Shown piece after piece: positions 24,221-37,744 of a DNA stretch of 64,000 bases. The notes beneath the pieces are model-generated. The model ran no database searches and was not told where the DNA came from. It was given only the letters and a program-made list of their open reading frames with translations. The translations under genes and the position numbers were made by a program. Within the stretch, counting starts at the first letter, position 1; each line of letters starts with the position of its first letter. The stretch is from Nemertoderma westbladi (lineage: Eukaryota; Animalia; Xenacoelomorpha), in assembly GCA_032718475.1 (NCBI GenBank), contig JAUCBJ010000795.1, positions 24,110 to 88,109 of the forward strand, given 5' to 3'.

Positions 24221-27200
24221 TTTGGCTCTTACGCAGAAGTTTCTCTATGTGAGGCAAGCAAAATCCTACTTTCATTGGACCTCACTAAATAGCTAAACCA
24301 ATGAAAAAGCCGGATTATTGGCCTACTCGCTACTTTTCGCCTAGTGTTATTAACGTACCATATATGGATATGAAAGTGCTCTTTTGGGCTTCTAATAGAC
24401 CCCTATACGAGCGATTTACGTAACAGTAAATTATTATAAAGGGATTAGTGTGGCTACACATTTTACTACCAAATTCTGTCGTGGTGGCATTTGGCATTCC
24501 TATTAAATATACACCGTAAATACACTGTGCATTGGGTATGAATATAAGTATTGTGCCCAAGTAAATGCACCCGAAATGTCCCCTTATTCCTAATATGACC
24601 AAATAACTGTTAGTTCTTATACTTCCCCCATTTCTTATGATAACTATTACGATTTTATATGAATACTAAGTACGTACTGTATAGCTTAAATTTCCTTCCA
24701 AATAGCACTAATATCTTTCATATATAACAAAAACGTAAAAAATTCGGGGCTGTTTCTTAATTTCTAATTTCTAATTTCTTTTTCTAATTAATTTTCTAAT
24801 TTATAATTTCTAAATATTCATAACTTTTGTTATGGAAATCCATAAAGAATCAAGCGTTGATGGTGCAAAATTACCGCAAAGACTAACGGTTTGTTGGTTT
24901 GAATCATTAATTTAATTTAATTCATTAAGGAAATTACCCTGGGTTGCCAGGGTAATATGTTCTAGAATAACGCAAAAAAATGAAGAGAGCTGCTGAGCTG
25001 AAGGTTTAAGAAGACGGTTGAACCGAGCCCGAATATCACGTCAGGCAAACGAGACTTACCGCTGCGCCGGTACTTCACTTTCCGTTCACTAGTACCCAAG
25101 GTATTGTTCGTGGTAATTTCCTGCACATTTAAGGCCCGGGTTCTTACCTTGAATCAATCCTCGCGCCCACGAGCTCTGGCCCTTCGCGATTTCAGGTACG
25201 GCCCGCCCCCCCTACTCCACTCTGCTCGCTTCCTCTCCACTCCGATTTTCGCGTTTTTAGAATATTCGGTGACGGTTCTATTTAAACACTATTCTGTGAA
25301 CACTGTAGATATTTTTTTATTATTATTTTAATATTTTACATATATTTATCAACTAAATTAAATTCACCTTGCTAAATTAAGACGTAAACATACAATTGCT
25401 ATTTTCACTTAATTAACAGCTTTAATTTCTTTGCATTTCAGTTATTATTTTTTGAAGATTTTGCAGATCTATTTTTAGACATCTTTTATTTAATAACTAT
25501 CTGAACTGATTACATAATATTAAAGCTAAAATCAGTCTTTCACGGTACAATTACTGCATTATTATAGCGAAAATTCGTAAAAAATTCGGGGCTGTTTCTT
25601 AATTTCTAAATAATGGGCAATTACCAACTAAATGCGTACATACAATTGCCTAGGCATTTTAACACACGTAGAGGACTAAAATTGCCATTTATAATGATCA
25701 GATCATTTTTAAATATTTTCCAATGGATTCAGCGCCCCAGAAAACCTGTATTGAAAAAAGATTAACCGAAAATTTCAATTTTTTTGAAAATTGTTCTACT
25801 TGAAATTTTGGTGCTACAAATAACAACCCCAGTAGAATTTTTCGAAATTTTTTATTTTCGGTCGGATTCATACTAGTGAAATCAAAATCTAAATATAATT
25901 TTAGTTCGGTGGTGTAGGCCTACTTCCTTCATGTCAGACACTATTAACCAAACAGACCCCGTACAGGTAATTTTGAATTTTGAGGTGAATATCTCAGCTA
26001 GAATGACATTTTTTCGTACGAAAAATACTACTCCTCCATTTCTTAACCATTTTTTGCAATTTTTTATTCATATGAAAGGTAATTTCATAAGCTTCAACAA
26101 ATTCTCCATATTTTGAATGAAAAATTAGAAATAACATGGGTTTTTTAAATTTTTAAAAAATTTCGAATTTTTTTTTCAAAATTGCCAATTATCAGAAATA
26201 GAAAACGAAAATACAAAAAGTGCATGAAAAATATGATGTAAATGAACTGCTGGTTCCAGAAAATGTGGTATCGGAAAATAAAAATAGAAAATATGAAGGC
26301 GTAGGGCCTAGTCTTATTAGTGCAATTTTTAAAATCTTCATTACGTGCTGCGCGAAGGCCCCACTTCTATAAATAGTTTGTGCTCATTGTTTATAGAGTA
26401 AAGAAATATAAAGTATATCGATATCGCCGATATCACCGATAACAAAATTTATATAAGTTCCGTGTTTATAGACTGAAGTTTAGCTTTGTTGGCCCTGGAA
26501 TGTCATTGTCTCGTTTCCAATTCCGTATTCACATTGGTGGTTGCATCTGTAACGGCATTGTGTCTGTGACTTCCACCACATAAAATAATATATATAATAT
26601 ATAATATAAAATATATAATAATAAAGAAAAAGGTAATATTTTTTGAGTAATTTACAAACTTTCGTTATGGAAATCCATAAAGAATCAAGCGTTGATGGTG
26701 CAAAATTACTGCAAAGACTAACGGTTTGTGGGTTTGAATCATTAATTTAATTTAATTCATTAAGGAAATTACCCTGGGTTGCCAGGGTAATATGTTCTAG
26801 AATAACGCAAAAAAATGAAGAGAGCTGCTGAGCTGACGGTTTAAGAAGACGGTTGAACCGAGCCCGAATTTCACGTCAGGCAAACGAGACTTGCCGCTGC
26901 GCCGGTACTTCACTTCCCATAATGGGCAATTAGGACATTAGGCTCGGAACTCGGACATTAGGCCTATTATTATATAAATAATTAATTAATTAATATAATT
27001 AAATTATATAAATAAATAAGAATAACAACAATAGGTAAGAAGAATGAGTCACCAATAGTAAAGCAAAATCCTACTTTCATTGGACCTCCCTAAATAGCTA
27101 AACCAATGAAAAAGCCGGATTATTGCCCTACTCGCTACTTTTCGCCTAGTGTTATTAACGTACCATATATGGATATGAAAGTGCTCTTTTGGGCTTCTAA

Positions 27201-28840
27201 TAGACCCCTATACGAGCCATTTACGCAACAGTAAATTATTATAAAGGGATTAGTGTGGCTATACATTTTACTACCAAATTCTGTCGTGGTGGCATTTGGC
27301 ATTCCTATTAAATATACACCGTAAATACACTGTGCATTGGGTATGAATATAAGTATTGTGCCCAAGTAAATGCACCCGAAATGTCCCCTTATTCCTAATA
27401 TGACCAAATAACTGTTAGTTTTTATACTTCCCCCCATTTCTTATGATAATTATTACGATTTTATATGAATACTAAGTACGTACTGTATAGCTTAAATTTC
27501 CTTCCAAATAGCACTAATATCTTTCATATATAACAAAAACGTAAAAAATTCGGGGCCTATTTCTTAATTTCTAAATAATGGGCAATTACCAACTAAATGC
27601 GTACATACAATTTCCTAGGCATTTTAACACACGTAGAGGACTAAAATTCCCATTTATGATGATCAGATCATTTTTAAATATTTTCCAATGGATTCAGCGC
27701 CCCAGAAAACCTGTATTGAAAAAATATTAACCCAAAATTTCAAATTTTTTGAAAATTGTTCTACTTGAAATTTTGGTGCTACAAATATTAACTCCAGTAG
27801 AATTTTTCGAAATTTTTTATTTTCGGTCGGATTCATTCATACTAGTGAAATCAAAATCTAAATATAATTTTAGTTCGGTGGTGTAGGCCTACTTCCTTCA
27901 TGTCAGACACTATTAACCAAACAGACCCCGTACAGGTAATTTTGAATTTTGAGGTGAATATCCTCAGCTAGAATGACATTTTTTCTTACGAAAAATACTA
28001 CTCCTCCATTTCTTAACCATTTTTTGCAATTTTTTCTTCATATGAAAGGTAATTTCATAAGCTTCAACAAATTCTCCATATTTTGAATGAAAAATTAGAA
28101 ATAACATGGGTTTTTTAAGTTTTTAAAAAATTTCAAATTTTTTTTTCCAAATTGCCAATTATCAGAAATAGAAAACGAAAATACAAAAAGTGCATGAAAA
28201 ATATGATGTAAATGAACTGCTGGTTCCAGAAAATGTGGTATCGGAAGATAAAAATGGAAAATATGAAGGCGTAGGGCCTAGTCTTATTAGTGAAATTTTT
28301 AATATCTTCATTACGTGCTGCGCGAAGGCCCCACTTCTATAAATAGTTTGTGCTCATTGTTTATAGAGTAAAGAAATATAAAGTATATCGATATCGCCGA
28401 TATCACCGATAACAAAATTTATAAGTTCCGTGTTTATAGACTGAAGTTTAGCTTTGTTGGCCCTGGAATGTCATTGTCTCGTTTCCAATTCCGTATTCAC
28501 ATTGGTGGTTCCATCTGTAACGGCATTGTGGAAGTGTCTGTGACTTCCACCACAACCACACATCGACTATATTCATCTTGTTTATGCGACAATTCCTCAT
28601 TTAGCGATGCGATATAATTTGCGAAGGGAGATGAGCGATAGTCGCTATCTATGCTGTGTCTCTTTCGTCGATCTCTTGGTGTTTCTCTGTCTAAAGTTTG
28701 AATTTTCGGGATTTGGTAGGCCTTTTACTTCTTCTATATTATTTTAAGTATTTTACTGCAATCGTTTATGTTATATCAGAAAAATATTAATATATATAAA
28801 TTATTTTTATTACAATTTATTTAAATATAATATATTATAA

Positions 28841-30145
28841 ACTACTACTACTACTACTACTAGGTCGAGCGAACTCGGACAGTGGAAATGAGATCCTTCC
28901 AGGCTTCCCGATTCTCCATAGTTGTCGCAATTTCGTTTCTCTCAAGTTCAGTATCCCTTTCAAGTTGATCTATATATGTTATGGCCAGTCGTCCACGACT
29001 ACGCTTTCCATGTGTTGGTTGCCAGAGAAGTAGATCTGGTATGACCTCGTCTTTACTTCACCAGCAGTGCCCACTGAATCTTAATCTGCGTTCATGGAGG
29101 GTGGTTGATACAGATGGTATTGTACCATAAAGCTCGGCGTTTGTCATGTTTTGTCTCCAGCTGACGTCTAGGGCAGCCATTAGTAGTCTTGTGTGCAACC
29201 ATCAATTCGGAATTCAAGTGATTTAGTCAGTGTCCAGGTCTCACCCCCGTATAAAAATACTCTTACCACTGTGGCTCCCACTTATGCGTTCTTGTAATGT
29301 GAATCCCAGATATCCACCCTTTGTGGCCGTCCTCATTGAGTAATCCAGTACAATTACAAATAGTATTGGTGCTAATGTGTCACCTTGCAGTACGCCAGCC
29401 AGGACTGAGAAGAACTCAATTTCACCAACTGATGAGAGTACCTGCGCTTCTGTGTCACAATATAATAATCGAATGCAAGCCACAATTACCTCTGGTATTC
29501 CATAAGCTCTTAGAATTTCCAGCATTTTACCTCTATGGATTGAGTCGAAGGCCTTCTCGAAGTCCACAAAAGTCATGACTGCGGGGAGATTCTTTGACTT
29601 AATTCCCTCAATCAGTCTCCGTAGCGGAAGTATCTGAGCTATTGTTGATCTATTTTGTCGAAATTCGTTTTGGCTCTTACGCAGTAGTTTCTCTATGTGA
29701 GGCCTAATCCTATATAGAATCATTTTGTTATGTATTTTGGCAGCTACCACAAGCAGGCAGATTTTAGCAGCTACCACAAGCAGACAGATCCCACGATAGT
29801 TTGTTGGTATACCGTGGTCTCCTTTCTTGGGGAGGGGCTTTAGTTGACCTTTAGTCCAAATTGGTGGTGGATTTTCCCCTTTCAGCATCTGGTTGGAAAC
29901 ATTCAATAATGGTCTGTTTAGCACTCCTGTTTTCCATACCTTCGCTGGGATTTCATATAATCCACTCGCTTTATTATTGGACATGCTTTTAATGCTTCTT
30001 TGGAGTTCGGCAGGTGTGAACTCCCCTGTTTCTATAAGTAGTGTCTTGTCATATAATTTACTTGTAGGGCTGACCGCGATGTTTGGTGCTGCCCAAGCAA
30101 GTTGCTGAAGTGATCAATCCATTTCCCATCACATTCTTCAGGACT
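28841..30145 (-). mobile_element. RTE family 1 fragment, third paralogue; longer 5' side and a single 3' unit
   Basis: ORF 29241-29984 has RT motifs and shares the deletion and the ICLLVVAAK duplication. Confidence 0.9.
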
Positions 30146-30489
30146 ATTATATATATATTATTACATATACTAATACAATTAATACTTAATATAATTATTT
30201 CTAATAAAAATATATATAATTATACAATTAGTTTTTTCTTGTGCAGAAGGCTTTGATTGTTTAGTTGTAGGCCTATATAGCAACTATACGTAGGCCACTC
30301 TGCATACAACCGTTCACCCTGTGTTATAACAATCGAAGTGATAGTATTAGTCGCGGAATTCAAGTATTATTAATCGTAATATTATATTAAATAATATTAA
30401 ATTAATATAAATTATATTCATATTAATATACAATTTTCCGGAGGAAAAATCATTAAAAAATCATACAAAATTATTCACTTCTAATTTAT

Positions 30490-31887
30490 CCAAATAGAAT
30501 TACAGAGAATGTGAGAAGTTTAATTTAACCAATAGAATTACAGAGAATGTGATAAGTTTAATTTAACCAATAGAATTACAGATAATGTGAGAAGTTTAAT
30601 TTAACCAATAGAATTACAGAGAATGTGAGAAGTTTAATTTAAATAATAGAATTACAGAGAACATGAGAAGTTTAATTTAACCAATAGAATTACAGAGAAT
30701 GTAAGAAGTTTAATTTAACAAATAGAATTACAGAGAATGTGAGAAGTTTAATTTAACAAATAGAATTACAGAGAATGTGAGAAGTTTAATTTAACCAATA
30801 GAATTACAGAGAATGTGAGAAGTTTAATTTAACCAATAGAATTACAGAGAATGTGAGAAGTTTAATTAAACCAATAGAATTACAGATAATGTGAGAAGTT
30901 TAATTAAACCAATAGAATTACAGAGAATGTGAGAAGTTTAATTTAACCAATAGAATTACAGATAATGTGGGAAGTTTAATTTAACCAATAGAATTACAGA
31001 GAATGTGAGAAGTTTAATTTAAATAATAGAATTACAGAGAACGTGAGAAGTTTAATTTAACCAATAGAATTACAGAGAATGTAAGAAGTTTAATTTAACC
31101 AATAGAATTACAGAGAATGTGAGAAGTTTAATTTAACCCATAGAATTACAGATAATGTGAGAAGTTTAATTTGACCAATAGAATTACAGAGAATGTAAGA
31201 AGTTTAATTTAACCAATAGAATTACAGAGAATGTAAGAAGTTTAATTTAACCAATAGAATTACAGAGAATGTGAGAAGTTTAATTTAACCAATAGAATTA
31301 CAGAGAATGTAAGAAGTTTAATTTAACCAATAGAATTACAGAGAATGTGAGAAGTTTAATTTAACCAATAGAATTACAGAGAATGTGAGAAGTTTAATTT
31401 AACCAATAGAATTACAGATAATGTGAGAAGTTTAATTTAACCAATAGAATTACAGAGAATGTGAGAAGTTTAATTTAACCAATAGAATTACAGAGAATGT
31501 GAGAAGTTTAATTTAACCAATAGAATTACAGAGAATGTGAGAAGTTTAATTTAACCAATAGAATTACAGAGAATGTGAGAAGTTTAATTTAACCAATAGG
31601 ATTACAGAGAATGTGAGAAGTTTAATTAAACCAATAGAATTACAGAGAATGTGAGAAGTTTAATTTAACCAATAGAATTACAGAGAATGTGAGAAGTTTA
31701 ATTTAACCAATAGAATTACAGAGAATGTGAGAAGTTTAATTTAACCAATAGAATTACAGAGAATGTGAGAAGTTTAATTTAACCAATAGAATTACAGAGA
31801 ATGTGAGAAGTTTAATTTAACCAATAGAATTACAGAGAACGTGAGAAGTTTAATTTAACCAATAGGATTACAGAGAATGTGAGAAGT
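30490..31887. repeat. 38-bp tandem satellite, about 36-37 units
   Basis: Unit ccaatagaattacagagaatgtgagaagtttaatttaa, with no spacers. Confidence 0.97.
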
Positions 31888-32023
31888 AAGTACTAAACGT
31901 TAATCTACATTATTATTTTAATTGTGTTAGATTGTTATTTTAATTTTTTGAATAAATTGACATTTTTCATGAAATACAGATTACTTTTTTCCCTTATTTT
32001 CAATAAATTCGCTGTTAGAGTAT

Positions 32024-32293
32024 TTAGGAGTGGTTGAAAGGTCTACCAAAACCCGTGCCTGTTTTCCCACAACCGCAAACTCTGGAAAGTTGACCGGGTA
32101 GTTTTCTAACTCTTGTCATACAGTTTTCATAATAGTCCCTTTGTATGCATCTTCTATAGCAGTAGAATCCAACAACCATAGCTAAAACTAATGCCACGAG
32201 ACAAATCATCACGCCAGTTTGGTTTAGTTTACCGTTAACAATCCAGGTGGTGTTTGCTGTTGACGTATTGCCGACTTCGTTAGTTGATGTCAT
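32024..32293 (-). CDS. Small single-pass (type III-like) membrane protein, ~89 aa
   Basis: From ATG 32293: S/T-rich N-terminus with NTS, NTT and NQT sequons, a TM segment VMICLVALVLAMVVGFYCY, and a basic Cys-containing tail. Lies in unique sequence. Confidence 0.55.
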   Translation of the reverse strand: MTSTNEVGNTSTANTTWIVNGKLNQTGVMICLVALVLAMVVGFYCYRRCIQRDYYENCMTRVRKLPGQLSRVCGCGKTGTGFGRPFNHS

Positions 32294-33546
32294 GTTATTT
32301 CTTCGAATAATTTTGGAGGATGGTTTTTTTCTCGGCAGAATGAAGTCCAATTAATAGCTATAATGCACTATTGCACTATTTATGGTAACTTGACTACGCT
32401 ATAAACTTTGAAATGATTAACTAATTAATTATTTTACATTCGAATTGAATTGGGGTCAAGCTAACTTAGTTAACTTAGCTAACTTAAGTTAACTTTTTAA
32501 CCAAATCGTTACATAAATTCCAACAATGGAAGAAAAGTAAACGTTTACTTTCGGTATTTAATAACATGATAGTTGCTTCCATAATGTTCATAGTCTCATC
32601 AGCTTTGGGTTAAAGTATATCTTTTATATATTCGAAAGTGATTTGGTTATTAAAATGATGAAGCCATAACGTTTTGGACGGAGTTATTCCTTGTATCACT
32701 TTTTGGTTGCGTAGTTTATTACATTGTTACCTTATATGCTTTAGTGTAAATCTTATAAAGTCATACAACTACTCAAACTAATTATTAAAAAATGGCTGGA
32801 AATTCTCGCAAAAATTGAAATTTATATGCTTGTCAGATATGGGAGGGGCGGGATATGGCGGGATTGTAATGTTTCGGATTAGGTAAACAACATGAGGGTT
32901 TATGTTACAACAGTTTACATGTATGGTTGTTGTGATTTGTTTTGTCATCTGAAAGCACTTCATCAGTAATAGAGACATATATCAAGATCAACATGGCAAC
33001 ACTTGATTCTTGGTAGTTGGTTTGATTTATTTTATATAAAACAGCAGTAATGTTTATCTTTATTACCGGTAAATAATATCTGCCATTCGCAAAACAATAT
33101 CCTCTACAGAGGAAGGCTAAAAAACAACCTAATATACCAGATACATGGTTTTGGAGAAATAAAACGTGTTAGCTGTTTTTGATGCAAAAAAAGATACACA
33201 TTTGCCAGCCAGATCCTTCAAGTGAAGCAACAGGCAGCTAAGTTACATTAAGCTACATTAAGTCGTATCTTTAAATATAAATAACATTGTGCTCACCCAA
33301 AGCTATGAATAATAATAATAATAATAATGCATTCGCGCTCAGTAGTAACAACACATTTTATAGTTGGGTTGCTTGGCGCGGCAGTACTGTGGTGTGGGTT
33401 GCTAGGGTAATATGTTCCAGAATAACGAAAAAAAATGAAGAGAGCTGCTGAGCTGAAGGTTTAAGAAGACGGTTTAACCGATCCCGAATATCACGTCAGG
33501 CAAACGAGACTTACCGCTGCGCCGGTACTTCACTTTCCGTTCACTA

Positions 33547-35604
33547 CTACTACTACTACTAGGATCGGCATGCTGCATTGCAGCTGCGTTTTTAAAAATG
33601 CTGTGCCGGCATGTCGACAAAATTGCGCCGCCACAACTCCCTATCACCCATGACATTTGCTAGATCATTCGCATCTTTAAGGCCAGTGTCATTTAAGATG
33701 CATCATTCAAGAAAGTCATGGGCTGTCAACCATGCTTATTCACTCCATGAGGCTGCCAAAGTACAAGATTATGCACTGGCTGTCCTCACGGCGAAAGCAA
33801 TGTCCTGCAAAGCGGAGGCGATTTTGTTCTAGTGTCAAGCTTGGGGGAACCAATGAGACACCTCCAATGTTATATAGTGTCTGGTTGGAGATGTGTACAT
33901 TGTACCTGACACAATGAACCCGGCGTATCATTCTTGTGAATGTGCCATCCAGAGATTTGGTGTCCTCAGCAGTTAGAGCCCAGCATGGACACCCATAGAG
34001 GAGTAATGGAGTACTGGCAAGGCAGATTTCGTTGTTCTACTAGCACGCAGACTAAGTCTTACCTTGGCCACAATAAGGCGGTGATCACTGGAGAAGGGTC
34101 GAAGTGTAAACGCATTACAGTCTTTTATAGAGCTCCTGTATTTCCTACGAAACTGAATATGGTATATCTGGGACTTGTGACCACTGGGTCCACTATGAGT
34201 CCATAGCTTTCCAGTTCGCTTCTTGAACTGAGTTCCAGCCGAAAACAATCCATTTCCAGAGATAAAATCCTGAAGATGGACAGAATTTAGGTTAACACTA
34301 TTGCTATAGACCCAGGGCGATATAGGTGATTGATGCAGACTTGCATTAAAGTCTCCCAGGAATGTTAAGAATGCATGCTGATCCTCTCCAAGAGTAGCTG
34401 CTTGTAGATTCTGGTAGAAATTTTCCACCTCCTCTACAGGGGCAACACTAGTTGGAGAGTAGCACACAATCAGAACCACCTTAGGAATCTTCTTAGCCAG
34501 TCTTCCAGAACATGAGAAGTGGCAACGGATGATGCGGTTGGAGATTTGGTCTATTTTGTTCAATGCTGCATGTGCAGTTGGATTCATCAATAGACCAATT
34601 CCACCATTGCCACTATCATCTGATGACGCGAGGGCGAGTCTCCAACCGCCCCCCATGTCCTTAATCAGAACCTCATCAGTCTGTCCAGTTTGCATTCGGT
34701 GCTCTTGAACACCCACTGCGCTAAGAGAAAGCTTATCTGCCAATACAGTCAGCTCACCTTGTCGCATTGGGGACCCGAGTGTTAGGGTGTTTACTGAGGC
34801 TAGTCTTGTGACTTGCCTCAGATTCACCAATGGCTTTGTTGGTCGGGGTGGAACATGAGAGTAGCCTCCAACTCCAGAATCCCTCTCCCCATCACAATCT
34901 GGCCTTCCTGGTGACCCAGGGTTTGGGCCAGAAAGGTCATCAGAAAAGGGACTCAAAGAATTGTTGGCTGCTCTCTCTCCAGTAGGGGGTGAGACAGGCA
35001 GCCGGTCAGGAGTTAACTGACGCCTGTGAGGCCGATTGTGTCCGGTAATTCCACTGGCCTCTTGTGGCCGGACCTCCGCATTGCTAATGTAATCCATAGT
35101 GGGGGTTGGGGGGTGCTTTTTTGCCGAGTCAGCTCTCGGGGCAAATACCACACCCTGGTTTGCCATTCCACAGGGTGGGTGTCGCAGTGGAGTCAGATAT
35201 GAGGCCCATCACCCATATCTACTCTGGCGCACATGACCCACCATTGGCTGTGCAGCTCATCTGCTGGGTCATGCCCTGTACCCCTGCTTCCAGATACAGG
35301 TTGCAGTGAAGTGCACTCAGAGTGGACATGAGAACACTCTACTCCTAACCAGCCATTGGTAGATCACCATCTGCCTGGCCAGGCCATATACTCCTGCAGC
35401 CAAGTATATGGGTCCTTAATCCAGGACCAACTGCGTCCTTATCACAGAACGATGGGGGTCCTAGTTACAGGACCAGATTTGCCCTAGTAAGAGGGTCTAT
35501 GCAGCTACAGATGGCACCTCCTTTATGCTGCATGGAGGTGGCAAGTTTCTTGATCAATGACCTAAAATACCTGACCTGACCTGACGCTTCGTTCACTTCG
35601 GACC
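33547..35604 (-). mobile_element. RTE family 2 element with 5' UTR, AP endonuclease, internal deletion of RT and a (TAG)n tail
   Basis: ORF 33973-35166 (SVNTLTL, GVQEHR, CYSPT, LGDFNA, SDHRL); C-terminal RLRFAGHCFR. TSD ttccgttcacta at 33535-33546 and 35605-35616. Confidence 0.9.
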
Positions 35605-35769
35605 TTCCGTTCACTAGTACCCAAGGTATTGTCCGTGGTAATTTCCTGCACATTTAAGGCCCGGGTTCTTACCTTGAATCAATCCTCGCGCCCACGCGTT
35701 CATTTATATGAAGATAAAATTACACGAAATAATAATTGTCGCTGTGACCATAGAATCAATTATTTTTAT

Positions 35770-36320
35770 CTGCGCTCAGTAGTAACAACACATTTTATAC
35801 TTGGGTTGCATGGCGCGGCATTACTGTGGTGTGGGTTGCCAGGGTAATATGTTCTAGAATAACGAAAAAAAAAATGAAGAGAGGTGCTGAGCTGAAGGTT
35901 TAAGAAGACGGTTGAACCGAGCCCGAATATCACGTCAGGCAAACGAGACTTACCGCTGCGCCGGTACTTCACTTTCCGTTCACTAGTACCCAAGGTATTG
36001 TCCGTGGTAATTTCCTGCACATTTAAGGCCCGGGTTCTTACCTTGAATCAATCCTCGCGCCCACGCGCTCCGGCCCTTTGCGATTTCAGGTACGGCCCGC
36101 CCCCCCTACTCCACTCTGCTCGCTTCCTCTCCAGTCCGATTTTCGCGTTTTTAGAATATTCGGTGACGGTTCTATTTAAAGATTATTCTGTGAACACTGT
36201 AGATATTTCTTTATTATATTTTAATATTTTACATTTATTTATCAAATAAATTAAATTCACCTTGCTAAATTTATACATAAACAAACAATGGCTATTTTCA
36301 CTTAATTAACAGCTTTAATT
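35770..36320. repeat. Dispersed non-coding repeat (also at 33335-35700, split by the RTE, and at ~10700, 12060, 20240, 24940, 26775)
   Basis: Near-identical gggtaatatgttctagaataacg..cttccgttcactagtacccaagg.. blocks. Confidence 0.8.
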
Positions 36321-36339
36321 TTTTCCGTAATTATTTGAC

Positions 36340-36520
36340 CCTCCCTGAGACGGCTGCATTCCTAATGGTGGTGGGAAACCGCCTCCGACCAGCCACCCAG
36401 GAGCCACGCTTTCTCCTCCAACGCCTCCTCATTGCCTTTCAGATCGGCAACACAGACTCCATCCTGGGTATCACGGACATAACCGTTCCGTACAGGAATA
36501 TTGATCCGTGAATAACTGTA
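36340..36520 (+). mobile_element. 3' relic of a CRE-like (restriction-like endonuclease) non-LTR element
   Basis: Translates RFLLQRLLIAFQIGNTDSILG, resembling the FxxQRLSxAxQRGNAxxxLG C-terminus of these elements. Confidence 0.55.
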
Positions 36521-37744
36521 ACATAACAATTATTAATAATAATTGTAACATGGGTTAACTTTCGTTTATTGTTTTGGTTCCCTCAACACGCCGCTACCCA
36601 AGGGCCAATTTAGACAACACTTTGGGGGGTGTATGGGAATTTTACCGAGTATAATATTATTTTACCGATCATATGTAAGTAAAACTTGATTGATTGATAT
36701 TACCAATTAATAGGAACTACTCTTTCAAATTGTACCATTTTTTGGACATTTGCATCAATAATTAGAACCAGTAGTAGTAAGCATACAGGATACTGCAGGC
36801 CTTCGTTATAATGAGTCTGGTCTGGTTTTATTTTTTTCAAACTGTTATAGTATGTTACACAACTTAATGAATTATCTTAATCTACTATGCACAGCCCAGC
36901 CCACAATAGAGTATCTTAATAGTTTATCTTAAAATACAGCCCACAATAGAGTATTCCTATCGACAGTGATTACTGTTATGTTACATACTATTTGGTTTAT
37001 TGTAATCCTATCATTTTTTTAAAAACGTTTCAAAATTTCCCATCTTTCCCAATCCGATTCCTTTTGCAATTGATCAGAAAAGTTACATCAGGAAAAAGTA
37101 GTTATTTGTTGTGAAGAATTAGCACTATAAAAAACAAAGAAACAAAGCAATAAATTACAGCTTTGACGCTAGAGGGCTTAAAATAATTTTGTTAAATTTT
37201 GAATACAATCGAAATTTGAGTCGCCCTCTAGCGCACACTAGCGAAAATGTGATGGATGGATGGAATGAATTGAACGTACCGGTAGTGGGCTATAATGCAA
37301 TCATAGATACAGTGGGGACTGGAACACGTCGAATTGTTAGCTTACTTCGCAACAAGAATTGATTTAAACATTGCGAAACGATTATTGGTGATGAAAAACT
37401 ATGCGTGCAACTTTTGTTATTAAAACATAAATAAAATGTAATAATAAAATATATAATAATATTTTTTTAAATATTTTTTATTAAAATGGTAATATTTTTT
37501 GTGTAATTTACAAACTTTTGTTATGGAAATCCATAAAGAATCAAGCGTTGATGGTGCAAAATTACCGCAAAGACTAACGGTTTGTGGGTTTGAATCATTA
37601 ATTTAATTTAATTCATTAAGGAAAATTGGCAGGTTATAGTGGCTGTGTTTTCTAACCAAAACAATAAATTAAACTTAATATGACTTCCGGTCAATTTGAT
37701 CCTCTATCTGAGAATCAAAGTATTAAACGTTTTGTCCTACTACT

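Larger units (their letters stand above)
6680..30150. repeat. Mosaic tandem segmental duplication: 2-6 copies of shared modules
   Basis: Near-identical ORF-track peptides recur at 8721/22952, 9185/23416, 9621/23852/29241, 13049/19397/25931, 7041/21357 and 10099/24330/27135. Confidence 0.95.

Noticed and set aside
30490-31887. CRISPR array
   Set aside because: Units abut with no unique spacers, the context is eukaryotic, and there are no cas genes.
35340-35565. HDV-like ribozyme in the RTE 5' UTR
   Set aside because: A candidate P1 (GGTCATT/AATGGCT) exists, but no P3/L3 with CC or matching P2 could be found.
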